Made by a program: the position numbers and the translations under genes. Shown piece by piece: positions 47,201 through 55,674 of a DNA stretch of 64,000 nt. The first letter of the stretch is position 1; each line of letters opens with the position of its first letter. Source of the DNA: Candidatus Staskawiczbacteria bacterium (GTDB taxonomy: Bacteria > Patescibacteriota > Minisyncoccia > Minisyncoccales > Staskawiczbacteraceae); NCBI GenBank assembly GCA_041661545.1, contig JBAZUH010000001.1, forward strand, positions 83,877 to 147,876. The letters are read 5' to 3'. The notes beneath the pieces were generated by a model that was not told where the DNA came from, did not search any database, and saw nothing but the letters and a program-made list of their open reading frames with translations.

Positions 47201-47428
47201 GGTAAGTTTTTCAAAAGCTACATAAACTTCGCATCCAATTATTGGTTTTATTTTTTTAGCTTTTGCTTTTTTAAAAAATTCAACAGCCCCATACATAACG
47301 CCATGATCTGTTAAGGCCACCGAGTCCATGCCAAGCTCTTTTACATAATCTAAAAGCTCGTCGATTTTTGGCAAACCGTCTAAAAGACTATAGTGGCTGT
47401 GTACGTGTAGGTGAGTAAATTTGTTCAT
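44243..47428 (-). CDS. dnaE: DNA polymerase III alpha subunit
   Basis: PHP domain FTHLHVHSHYSLLDG, polymerase core, OB fold. Confidence 0.95.
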   Translation of the reverse strand: MNKFTHLHVHSHYSLLDGLPKIDELLDYVKELGMDSVALTDHGVMYGAVEFFKKAKAKKIKPIIGCEVYVAFEKLTDKRSNIDSKRNHLILLAKNEQGYKNLIKLVTIAHLDGFYYKPRIDEEILEKYAEGLIGLSACIQGKIPRLLLSNKLEEAEETALKYEKFFGKGNFYLELQHHANIPEQITANKKLIELSKKTGIPLVATNDIHYLRKEDAEAQDVLMLINTGADINDPERLSMTQDNFSMISPEDMQEFFKDTPEAIENTQKIADKCNLQIELGKTKLPTFPLPEGKTAEQFLEELCWQGVKSRYGEKPDEKVLERLKYEISVIEKTGFSGYFLIVQDFVNWAKQNRIIVGPGRGSAGGSIVAYLTGITNVDPLKHDLLFERFLNPERISMPDIDLDFADRRRDEVIKYVGDKYGHDHVAQIITFGTMAARAVLRDVGRALQYTYSYCDQMAKMVPVGMDLTETLEKVDEFKEKYETDPLATRLIDLGKKLEGVARHASTHACGVVISAEPLTDTVPLQRPPKEGDEGIITQYEMHGIEDLGLLKMDFLGLKNLTIIEDTLARIYVLHDKLSINLDKIPYDDDKTFQLLRDALTTSVFQLESDGMKRYLKELKPNKFEDITAMVALYRPGPMQFIPDYIERKFGKQKIEYLHPKLEPILKDTYGICIYQEQLMKIAQEISGFTLGEADVLRKAVGKKIKDLLDAQEAKFINGAVKNGVSNKIAKQLWQWVLPFASYGFNKSHSAAYATIAYQTAYLKAHYPVEFMASVLTSERNDVERISFLIDECKKMNVEVLPPNINESLKNFTVVDGKNQIRFGMLAIKNVGVNIIDAVVEERKNAGPFKSIGDFIHRVKSKDLNKKSMEALIKSGAFDEFAERNQLLGNLERMLEIAREKTKNKNTNQMGLFASVKISNNDIKLDSATPATNFEKLSWEKELLGLYVSSHPLNGFKKLFDARTTAISKIDETFVEKKIIIGGLISNIKKIITKKGQPMLFMKVEDLTGKTEVVIFPNLLERNPTALQENKIVFVAGRVDDRNGEIKIVADDVQEILVNRES

Positions 47429-47527
47429 TGATTTTATTCTTCATTTTACTTATTTAGGCGTCGATATGCAAGCATTGACATGATATTTTTATTATATTGT
47501 ATTCACTTATGTTTGTTGTATCCATAG

Positions 47528-47564
47528 CATCATAATTTACGCTATCGCTGAAAATGTGATGTTG
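47528..47564 (+). repeat. 37-bp direct repeat / palindromic operator-like site, copy 1
   Basis: catcataatttacgctatcgctgaaaatgtgatgttg is identical to 48179-48215. Its 3' end overlaps a putative -35. Confidence 0.8.
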
Positions 47565-47621
47565 ATATTTTTTTAATGCTTGTGATATAATTAAACAATA
47601 CTAAAATTATAATTTATTTGT

Positions 47622-48161
47622 ATGAATAAAATTAGAGAAAATATATTGTTACTTCTAATGGGCGGTTTGGCCCTTGGGTGTAGTTATACGCCCCAAATGC
47701 AAGGTAGGGTGTTAAAAATGGCCTATAAAGAATGGAGAAAAATAAATCGTAAAGATCTTAAGAGAGGCATCGATTATTTATATAGATTGAAATATATTGA
47801 TAAAAAAGGCGGTGGAAATGATATAGGCGATTTAACACTAACACAAAAGGGCAGATTAAAATCTTTAGACTTTCGACTTAATAATTTAAAAAATCAAAAA
47901 GAGAAATGGGATGGGAAATGGAGAATGGTTGCTTTTGATATTCCAGAAAAATATAAACAAGGAAGAGATGCCTTGCGCAATAAATTGAAAAGTATTGGGT
48001 TCCGTGAATTGCAGAAGAGCGTTTTTATTGTACCTTACAACTGCAAAGAGGAAATAGTGCTTTTGGTTGAATTGTTCAAATTGGGAAAATATGTTCGTTT
48101 TGGAGTTTTGGAATTTATTGATAACGAAAATTATTTGAAAAGTTTATATAAAATTAGTTAA
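47622..48161 (+). CDS. PaaX-like / winged-helix regulator family protein
   Basis: WDGKWRMVAFDIPEKYKQGRDALRNKLKSIGFRELQKSVFIVP motif. Confidence 0.5.
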   Translation: MNKIRENILLLLMGGLALGCSYTPQMQGRVLKMAYKEWRKINRKDLKRGIDYLYRLKYIDKKGGGNDIGDLTLTQKGRLKSLDFRLNNLKNQKEKWDGKWRMVAFDIPEKYKQGRDALRNKLKSIGFRELQKSVFIVPYNCKEEIVLLVELFKLGKYVRFGVLEFIDNENYLKSLYKIS

Positions 48162-48178
48162 AAGAGCTAAAAGATTTA

Positions 48179-48215
48179 CATCATAATTTACGCTATCGCT
48201 GAAAATGTGATGTTG
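48179..48215 (+). repeat. 37-bp direct repeat, copy 2
   Basis: Identical to 47528-47564. Confidence 0.8.
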
Positions 48216-48257
48216 GGGAGGACATGAAATACCTAAATTTAAATTGTAAAATAAACA

Positions 48258-48962
48258 ATGAAAATTCCTAATCTTAATGAAGAGAAAAAGTTATGGAAGA
48301 AAGGTTTTAAATATGTGGTTGGCCTAGATGAAGTGGGCAGGGGTCCGTTAGCTGGGCCAGTTGTAGCCGTAGCAGTAATGTTACGGAATTTTCAATTTTC
48401 AATTTCTAATTTTCAATCAATTTCTAAAAATCCAATTTTCAAGAAAATTAACGACTCAAAAAAAATGACGGAGAAAGACAGAGAAGAAGTTTATAATGCA
48501 CTAATAAAAAACACCGACATAAAGTGGGGAATTGGCGTTGTTTCAGAAAAAGTTATTGATAAAATTAATATTTTAGAAGCAACAAAATTGGCAATGAAGA
48601 AAGCTGTTTTTGCACTTTCCCCAAAAATTGACGACCGTCAATTTTTGGGGAAGAATGTTTTTTTACTTTTAGATGGAAATTTTGGTGTAGATTTTAATGA
48701 AGTCGCCTCCGCCAAAGGCTTCGGCGGACCGAAGCAAAAACCAATAATAAAAGGGGACGAGAAAGTTATATCAATTGCAATGGCCAGCATAATTGCAAAG
48801 GTGACACGAGATAGAATGATGCAAAAATTTCATAAAAAATATCCTAAATATGGTTTTGATAAAAACAAAGGTTATGGCACAGCTTTTCATATAGAGATGA
48901 TAGAAAAACATGGCCCTTGTAAAATTCATAGAAAATCATTTTACCCTGTTTCTAAATTTTAA
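48258..48962 (+). CDS. rnhB: Ribonuclease HII (with in-frame repeat inserts)
   Basis: GLDEVGRGPLAGPVV, NDSKK, GDEKV..ASIIAK. Confidence 0.9.
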   Translation: MKIPNLNEEKKLWKKGFKYVVGLDEVGRGPLAGPVVAVAVMLRNFQFSISNFQSISKNPIFKKINDSKKMTEKDREEVYNALIKNTDIKWGIGVVSEKVIDKINILEATKLAMKKAVFALSPKIDDRQFLGKNVFLLLDGNFGVDFNEVASAKGFGGPKQKPIIKGDEKVISIAMASIIAKVTRDRMMQKFHKKYPKYGFDKNKGYGTAFHIEMIEKHGPCKIHRKSFYPVSKF

Positions 48963-49046
48963 CCGGGTGAATAGTTATTCACACTTGACCTATTGCTTTA
49001 AAAATTTGATAAGTTTAAAATAATATAATATCAATATTTTTATTTA

Positions 49047-51587
49047 ATGAAAAATATAAAATTTAATTTAATTTTATTTGTAGCTATTATTTTAGTCGCT
49101 GTTTTTGGTTTACAATTTGCATCGGCGGCTTTAGTTGTTTGGTCTAACGAGTCACCAGACATATCGACATTCAATTTGGAAGTAAAAGAGACCAATGGCA
49201 ATGAGCTAACAGGAGAATTTACTATTACTAATAGAGAAGATTATTATCTAAGTGATTTAAACTACGAAATCAAATTATTTAAAGGTAACTCGTATTCTGA
49301 TTTTAAGTTGATGGATGTGTTGGTTAATAAAGAAATATTTTTTGTAGCTCCTAGAGACACAATTACAAAAACTTTTAAATATACATATCCTAAAAATATT
49401 ACTGCAGGAGATTATATTTTAAGGGCACAAGTTATGACTTCTAGGGGCAGAGAATTGCCATGGGACGATTTAATAATTCAACTATCTGGTGAAAATAAAT
49501 TTTTAGATATTCTTTCAGAATATTCTAAGGTTATAGTTGATGTTCCTATAAAGCCACAGAAATTTGAAAATAATGCAAGCACAACCAATCAATCAGCGCC
49601 CGCGCCAATTAATGAATCAGAACAAGAAAGTAATAATTCTAGAACAAGTAGCAGTAGTAGTGAGGCAGCTCCCAGCGTTGGTGAACCAGATATTGATTTG
49701 CCCGAGAATGTTTTAACACCTCCGCTGGTAACGAAGCCATCAACTCAAAAAGTAACACCGTCTTCTGACGTGGTGATTTTGCAACCAATAAAAGGGCGCA
49801 CTGAATATAAGCCCAACCCTGAAGGGTTGATTATTGAAGGAGATGCTCCTTTAGTTGTAGGCGAAGGAGGTGGTCGCCAGGTGGCTACACCTTTAGAAGG
49901 AATTTTAGTATCTGCCGGAGATGATATCTATGCGTATTTAAAAGTTAATAATCCGGGAGAGGCAATTACGGTTAAACCACACATAAAGATTTTTAATAGA
50001 CAGACTAATATGTCTATAGCAAAAGAATATGACGATGCAGAAATAACTTTTGCTAAAGGAGAGACCAAAGAAATTAGTTTGACTCTTCCAAAATTAGAAA
50101 AACCAGAATCATATTTAGCCGAAGTAAAATTTTATAAAAATAACGAACAAGTTTCTGGGATTCAATATTTTAGATGGGTGGTTAGGGGGTTAGGTGGAAA
50201 AATTTTATATGTTAAGGCTGACAAAGATTATTATAATGCGGGCGATAGCATCAATTTAAAAATTCAAATAGCCGGTCCTGCTGACACTTCAAACCCAGGC
50301 ATGGGCCAATTAGAAGTATCTGTTAATAGAAAAATTGGAGGAAATATTGCTAAAGTTTCGCAAGAAGTGCCGTTGGGGCAAGGAGTGTTTTCAGCAGATA
50401 TATCAATTCCGGTTAAGTTGGATGTTGTTGCGCCAGTTATTAACGTTAAATTAATGAAAGACGGCCAAATTTTGGATGAACAGAATATAAATTTGCCAGT
50501 TTTTTCAAAAGAAGCTAAAAAAATAAAACAAACACAAATTATCGTTATTGTTGCCGTGGTCGCAGTTATACTTTTATTAATAATTATAACTATTTGGATA
50601 TTTTATAAAAGAAAATATAAGGGCTCTATTCAAACCAAAAAGTTTTTATTAATTTTAGTAATTTCTTTATCCTTTTTTGTGCCTATTTTATCAAATGCTG
50701 CTTTTACTGAATTTGAAATTTGGTCAAATCAGGTTCAAGAAAATTTTAGGCAACATTTAAAGGACGTTGCGGATGCTTTTTGGGGGTCTATGAATCTTTT
50801 TGAGGTTTGTGTTTCCCCTGACAATTACGTGACTCAAGTTCAGCCCAATGGAGTTTTGCCAATTAATGGAGATATGGTTTCTGATTTATGTGTTAACTCA
50901 GTTAATCCAGTAGATATGCAACATACTTTAACTCCAAAAGCAGGCCCTGAGTGTGTAACATTTAATAATTCTATTTCAGGTGGTTCGCATGATTCAAACG
51001 ATATATATTCTTGGCCGATTGTGGAGGTGGATGTTAAGGGTAACACGACACTTGAGTTTCATCATCAATTACAAATGCCCGTTAACATACCGTGTGGAGT
51101 ATATAATTTAAATACACACTGGGAAATGCCAGTTTATGAAAAAGGTTCTAGCACTCCAATCCAAACAGATGTAGGAGATAAAGATATAACCGTTATTGTT
51201 GGAAGGGCGGGCGTTTGTGGTTCTGCCAATGGAGTGATTAGCACCACCGCACCAACTTCTAATTTATGCGCTGACGGCAGGGCATCTAATGTTGCGAGCA
51301 TAGAAAATAACTGGAGATGGACTTGCGATACAAGCGATCAATGTGCAGGGCCGGATGCTGAGTGTTCGGCTCCTAAAGTGGCTGTTACAGTTGAATGCGG
51401 AGCAAATGCCAAAACATATCTAGCTACCGATACAAGTTTTAAGGGAGATTTTTGTACTAATGGTGTAATCTCAAACCCATCTAATCCTCCTTTTCCAACA
51501 TCTGTTAATCCAACAACAACTTGGATTTGCCCAGGCTCTCCAAGTGTAGAATGTAGGGCGGTTATTTCTGGTGGTAGTTGTTTATAA
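49047..51587 (+). CDS. Large surface protein 1 (two modules joined by an internal TM and a second signal-like segment; C-terminal Cys-domain repeats)
   Basis: N-terminal signal/TM, internal TM near aa 505-530, second signal-like segment near aa 540-562, two C-terminal CG...C..G...W.C...C domains. Confidence 0.75.
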   Translation: MKNIKFNLILFVAIILVAVFGLQFASAALVVWSNESPDISTFNLEVKETNGNELTGEFTITNREDYYLSDLNYEIKLFKGNSYSDFKLMDVLVNKEIFFVAPRDTITKTFKYTYPKNITAGDYILRAQVMTSRGRELPWDDLIIQLSGENKFLDILSEYSKVIVDVPIKPQKFENNASTTNQSAPAPINESEQESNNSRTSSSSSEAAPSVGEPDIDLPENVLTPPLVTKPSTQKVTPSSDVVILQPIKGRTEYKPNPEGLIIEGDAPLVVGEGGGRQVATPLEGILVSAGDDIYAYLKVNNPGEAITVKPHIKIFNRQTNMSIAKEYDDAEITFAKGETKEISLTLPKLEKPESYLAEVKFYKNNEQVSGIQYFRWVVRGLGGKILYVKADKDYYNAGDSINLKIQIAGPADTSNPGMGQLEVSVNRKIGGNIAKVSQEVPLGQGVFSADISIPVKLDVVAPVINVKLMKDGQILDEQNINLPVFSKEAKKIKQTQIIVIVAVVAVILLLIIITIWIFYKRKYKGSIQTKKFLLILVISLSFFVPILSNAAFTEFEIWSNQVQENFRQHLKDVADAFWGSMNLFEVCVSPDNYVTQVQPNGVLPINGDMVSDLCVNSVNPVDMQHTLTPKAGPECVTFNNSISGGSHDSNDIYSWPIVEVDVKGNTTLEFHHQLQMPVNIPCGVYNLNTHWEMPVYEKGSSTPIQTDVGDKDITVIVGRAGVCGSANGVISTTAPTSNLCADGRASNVASIENNWRWTCDTSDQCAGPDAECSAPKVAVTVECGANAKTYLATDTSFKGDFCTNGVISNPSNPPFPTSVNPTTTWICPGSPSVECRAVISGGSCL

Positions 51588-51623
51588 TTTAAAAAAGTTA
51601 AATATCTCTAACGGTTAAATTTA

Positions 51624-53267
51624 ATGAAACAAAAGAATATTTTATTAATATTGTTACCCCTATTGTTTTTAGGTTTGTTTTTATGTATTGATAAAATTTC
51701 GGCATCATATGTTAATCAGGGAGATTATTATGATAATGATCCAAACAATGATATTGATGCATATGCTTATCCCACTTCGCACAATTATGAATACTCTAGT
51801 TGGAGTTTTGATAGTTTGCCAGACGGAATGTATCCTCATATGTATGGAAGTTGTTCTAATAGTGCTTGCAAAGATTGGTACGAAGCCTTTAATGGTAGTG
51901 CCATAGATGAATGGCTGACTAGTGGGGGGAGTATTCCTTGGGATGAGAAACTTTGGAAAAATTATAATATTACTGTCCGCGGTTCTACTAACTATAATTA
52001 TTATGGCCCAGGTTATTATATGTTTAGAATAGAATATCCAGAAGAAACTTATGATAGTGCACTAGGCGCTTATAATAATTATGGGAATGTGTATTTTTAT
52101 GATTATAGGCATTGGGATAGTTTTAATAGCTCTTATTATGGTTATGTTAAAAATGCCAATGTGCCAGTTTTGTTAACAGGCACAGGATATTCAGATCAAA
52201 CGGTTTCCTTAAGAATGACTTGGAGTTTTGGTTGGAATGTTCAGAGCTATGACGGGTTCTACCCAAATAGTTATATTCCTTTTAATGTTTATTATACTCC
52301 TATAGCTCATAATGGAGTATGCGGAGATTTAAATGGAACTTTTACTGAATCTACTAGGCCTAATCAGGGCATAGCTTGTTTGAGTTGGCCTTATGTGACA
52401 ACTGTTGAGTTTGCTACAGTGGATAATCCAACAACTACTTGGACTTGTGAAGGAACTTTAGGTGGAGCAGATCAAGGCTGTGCTATGAAAATAAAAGTTG
52501 ATGGTGTTTGTAACTCGTCAACTAATGGCCATCAATTAAGCATACAGCCCAGCGGTGACGAACTTTGCAGTAAAGGTGCTCCAACAATGGTTGCGGGCGA
52601 CGGGTCTTTGCAAAGACCATGGCAGTGGGGATGTCTTGGCATTAATGGGGGAACTAGCACCAGCATCACAGCTTGTTCGGCAACTATTAAAAAAGATGGA
52701 AAATGCGGAACATTTACTAATGGCGGATCTTTTCTCTCAGCTCCAAGTGGCAACAACAATCTTTGTGATTATGGAACAGCTACAGCTGTAACAGGAACTG
52801 GAGCGGTTGGAAACCCTTGGACATGGAAATGCAACAGCCCTGATGGGGGAGCTCAATCTCTAACATGCACAGCAAATGCTTCTGGAACTTCAGTAGATGG
52901 TGTTTGTGGTCCAGCAGCTACAACTTATAATCCTGGGGTGACTTCTTTTTCTGGTAATCTTTGTACAATAGGAATCGCTAGCCCTACGCCGTCTTTTCCA
53001 ACTGCTAGTGATCCTATAAAAACCTGGACGTGTTCAAATGGAAGTGGAAATAATAGCCCCACTTGTACTGCAGTTTTAACTGTAGATGGAGTTTGTGGCC
53101 CTGCCGCAAAAGCTTATCCCCTTGATGATTTATCATTCCCAGACGGAGATTATTGTAGCTCTGGAACAATGTTGACAGATAGTCAAACATATTATTACAG
53201 AGTTAGCGCTATTAACTCTGTTAACCCCGGACCTGCTTCTGCGGTAAAATCAATATCCACGCCATAA
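51624..53267 (+). CDS. Large surface protein 2 (4.5 Cys-domain repeats plus an orphan FN3 C-terminal fragment)
   Basis: Signal peptide, repeats starting GVCG, last 30 aa TDSQTYYYRVSAINSVNPGPAS. Confidence 0.75.
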   Translation: MKQKNILLILLPLLFLGLFLCIDKISASYVNQGDYYDNDPNNDIDAYAYPTSHNYEYSSWSFDSLPDGMYPHMYGSCSNSACKDWYEAFNGSAIDEWLTSGGSIPWDEKLWKNYNITVRGSTNYNYYGPGYYMFRIEYPEETYDSALGAYNNYGNVYFYDYRHWDSFNSSYYGYVKNANVPVLLTGTGYSDQTVSLRMTWSFGWNVQSYDGFYPNSYIPFNVYYTPIAHNGVCGDLNGTFTESTRPNQGIACLSWPYVTTVEFATVDNPTTTWTCEGTLGGADQGCAMKIKVDGVCNSSTNGHQLSIQPSGDELCSKGAPTMVAGDGSLQRPWQWGCLGINGGTSTSITACSATIKKDGKCGTFTNGGSFLSAPSGNNNLCDYGTATAVTGTGAVGNPWTWKCNSPDGGAQSLTCTANASGTSVDGVCGPAATTYNPGVTSFSGNLCTIGIASPTPSFPTASDPIKTWTCSNGSGNNSPTCTAVLTVDGVCGPAAKAYPLDDLSFPDGDYCSSGTMLTDSQTYYYRVSAINSVNPGPASAVKSISTP

Positions 53268-53272
53268 TTATT

Positions 53273-55543
53273 ATGATTAATATTAAAAAAACAATTATAA
53301 CCGCCGAAGTAATAATTTTTACGATAGTTTTTAGTTTTTTTATTTTTGGAGATGTTTATGCTGATGAATCTGTTACATGGGGTGGTACTAGCACTGGTAA
53401 TGCGGCTTGTGCTGCTATAGGTAGAAATTGTACCACGGCCTATACATTAACTAACACAGTAATTCCTTGTGATCGCAATTGGTACACGGGTGGTCATGCA
53501 ACGTGTGCAAGTTCTGTAGTTGGTGTGGGTACTACTTGGATTCTTGATTCTTTTGGTAATAGTCGTACTAATACTGGTAACGCAGCTTGTGCCGCCATAG
53601 GCAGAAATTGTATTAAAGCATACAACTATAGTGGAGTATTACAAACTAATTGTACTTCTAGTACTATTGGTGGCACTGCCTTGTGTGAAAGTTCTGTAGT
53701 TGGTGTGGGTACTACTTGGACCAACACTTCTACTGGTAATGCAGCTTGTACTGCTATAGGCAAAACTTGTAATACAGCATACAACTATAATGGAGTATTA
53801 AAAACCTGTAGCACTAGTAGTAGTGGAGGAACTGTTTTGTGCAATGTCCCAATTACGGTGACATGCTCGGCAGATAAAACATCAGCGTTGTTAAACACGC
53901 CAGTTGTTTGGACAGCAGTAGCTTCTGGAGGCTCTGGCTCATATACATATTCTTGGTCTGGAACAGATAGTCTTTCTGGATCAACGGTGTCTGTTAGTAA
54001 ATCTTATCAAAGCGTTGGCACAAAAACAGCTAGCGTTATAGCAACTTCTGGTGGCAATAGTAGTCCTGCTACTTCTTGTTCTAATAATGTGAACGTTTAT
54101 TCTCTTGGAGCGCCGGGTGCACCAACTGGGTTGGACGGAAGTTTTTTTAATTCTGCAATGAATATATTTTGGACAGCGCCTTCAAGCGACGGAGGGAGCG
54201 CAATTACAGGTTATAAAATTGAAAGGAGCACAGATGGAATTAATTGGACTGAATTAGTTGCTAATACTGGAAACACTAATACAACATATTCAGATAATAT
54301 AACTTCAGGGTTAACTCTTGATAATGTAGACGGCGCAACTGCAACTTGGAGGTGCGCAGGACTTTGTGGGGTAACTCCAATTTGCACTGCTACAAGAAAT
54401 ATAGGTTGTGGAACGTTAGGCGCAACAGGTGATGGCAGATTTTATGAAGATGGTACTACCGCATGGCCAGTAGGTACTTTTTGTTCAGTGGGATCGTATC
54501 CTGTTATCGATGATGGCTATACAACTGAAATACCCGGAGGTCCGGGTTTCCCAATTGTCACTAGTACTTCTACAACTTGGAAATGTTATACCGCCAGCAC
54601 GCAAAGTTATTCTGACAGATGTATTGCCAATCTTAAAATTAATGGTCTTTGCGGGCCAGCCGGCGAATTAGAAGTAGATGGTGGTACTGCCTATTCAGAA
54701 ACAGATGTATTTCCAAAGGGTGCATATTGTGAAACCTCCAGTAATTATATAAATCCAAGCCCAAATCCTCTTTTATTAACTGGTTCAAGAGCTACATGGG
54801 TTTGTCCAGGGGCAAACACGGGCGAAGATAGTGGCACTTGTTTAGCAAAAAAAGCAACCGGGCCTTCTGTTAGTAATCCAAGCGCAAGATTAGACAATTG
54901 TTATTCTGATCCTACTAATCCGCCCGCTGGAACTGGTGGAATATATTTTAGTTGGACTTATAATGACAACGATGCAGGAAATACTATTCCTCAAGAATCA
55001 TCTATATTAGAGATATATAACAATAGTAATCTCGTGCCAAGTAATTTAGTTTATCAAAGCCCCCCTAGTTTTAATGCTACTGCTAAGACAATATATGTTG
55101 GAGGTGCAGGAGACATACCATTTAAATCAAGTGGTTCATATTATTGGCGAGTGATGGTTTCTAATAGCAGGGATGATTCTGATTGGTCCGCTACTCAATC
55201 TTTTACAACTTCAGCTCATGCTTGGCCATATGCAGTTATTGATGTTAGCCCCGAACCTCATATAGTTAAAAAACAAATCTGCATTAGTGCCGTAAAGTCA
55301 GCTTGTTACGATGGTGCAGATTGTGATTACACGTGGACATTAGATTATAATCTTAAAAATCTTACGCCTAGCAAAGTAAAAGAACCAAGAATATGCTACG
55401 CCTATCAAACTATTGGGCAGCGCACAGAAGAATTAATGGTATGCGACAGTCATACAAACCCCCATTGTTGCTCGGCCACAGCTAGCTTTAATGTGAAGAA
55501 TACTTCAAACGTGCCACAGTGGAGAGAGATATCGCCGTTTTAG
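53273..55543 (+). CDS. Large surface protein 3 (signal, 3 Cys repeats, PKD-like domain, truncated FN3, Cys-domain repeats)
   Basis: Signal peptide, three ~58-aa repeats, PKD-like SGGSGSYTYSWSG, FN3 N-part, then the Cys-domain C-part. Confidence 0.75.
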   Translation: MINIKKTIITAEVIIFTIVFSFFIFGDVYADESVTWGGTSTGNAACAAIGRNCTTAYTLTNTVIPCDRNWYTGGHATCASSVVGVGTTWILDSFGNSRTNTGNAACAAIGRNCIKAYNYSGVLQTNCTSSTIGGTALCESSVVGVGTTWTNTSTGNAACTAIGKTCNTAYNYNGVLKTCSTSSSGGTVLCNVPITVTCSADKTSALLNTPVVWTAVASGGSGSYTYSWSGTDSLSGSTVSVSKSYQSVGTKTASVIATSGGNSSPATSCSNNVNVYSLGAPGAPTGLDGSFFNSAMNIFWTAPSSDGGSAITGYKIERSTDGINWTELVANTGNTNTTYSDNITSGLTLDNVDGATATWRCAGLCGVTPICTATRNIGCGTLGATGDGRFYEDGTTAWPVGTFCSVGSYPVIDDGYTTEIPGGPGFPIVTSTSTTWKCYTASTQSYSDRCIANLKINGLCGPAGELEVDGGTAYSETDVFPKGAYCETSSNYINPSPNPLLLTGSRATWVCPGANTGEDSGTCLAKKATGPSVSNPSARLDNCYSDPTNPPAGTGGIYFSWTYNDNDAGNTIPQESSILEIYNNSNLVPSNLVYQSPPSFNATAKTIYVGGAGDIPFKSSGSYYWRVMVSNSRDDSDWSATQSFTTSAHAWPYAVIDVSPEPHIVKKQICISAVKSACYDGADCDYTWTLDYNLKNLTPSKVKEPRICYAYQTIGQRTEELMVCDSHTNPHCCSATASFNVKNTSNVPQWREISPF

Positions 55544-55674
55544 AAATTAATTTTTGGGCGGCGGTTTTCCGCGGAAAACCGCCGCTTTGATTATAGCTCT
55601 TGCAACTTTTTAATATTTGTTATACAATACAAAGTAATTTGAAAATTAAAAGTAAAAATTAAAAATTTAGAAAA

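Noticed and set aside
49047-55543. Surface proteins as diversity-generating retroelement targets
   Set aside because: There is no reverse transcriptase, no template repeat / variable repeat pair with adenine-specific differences, and no C-type lectin-like terminal variable region recognisable in the window.
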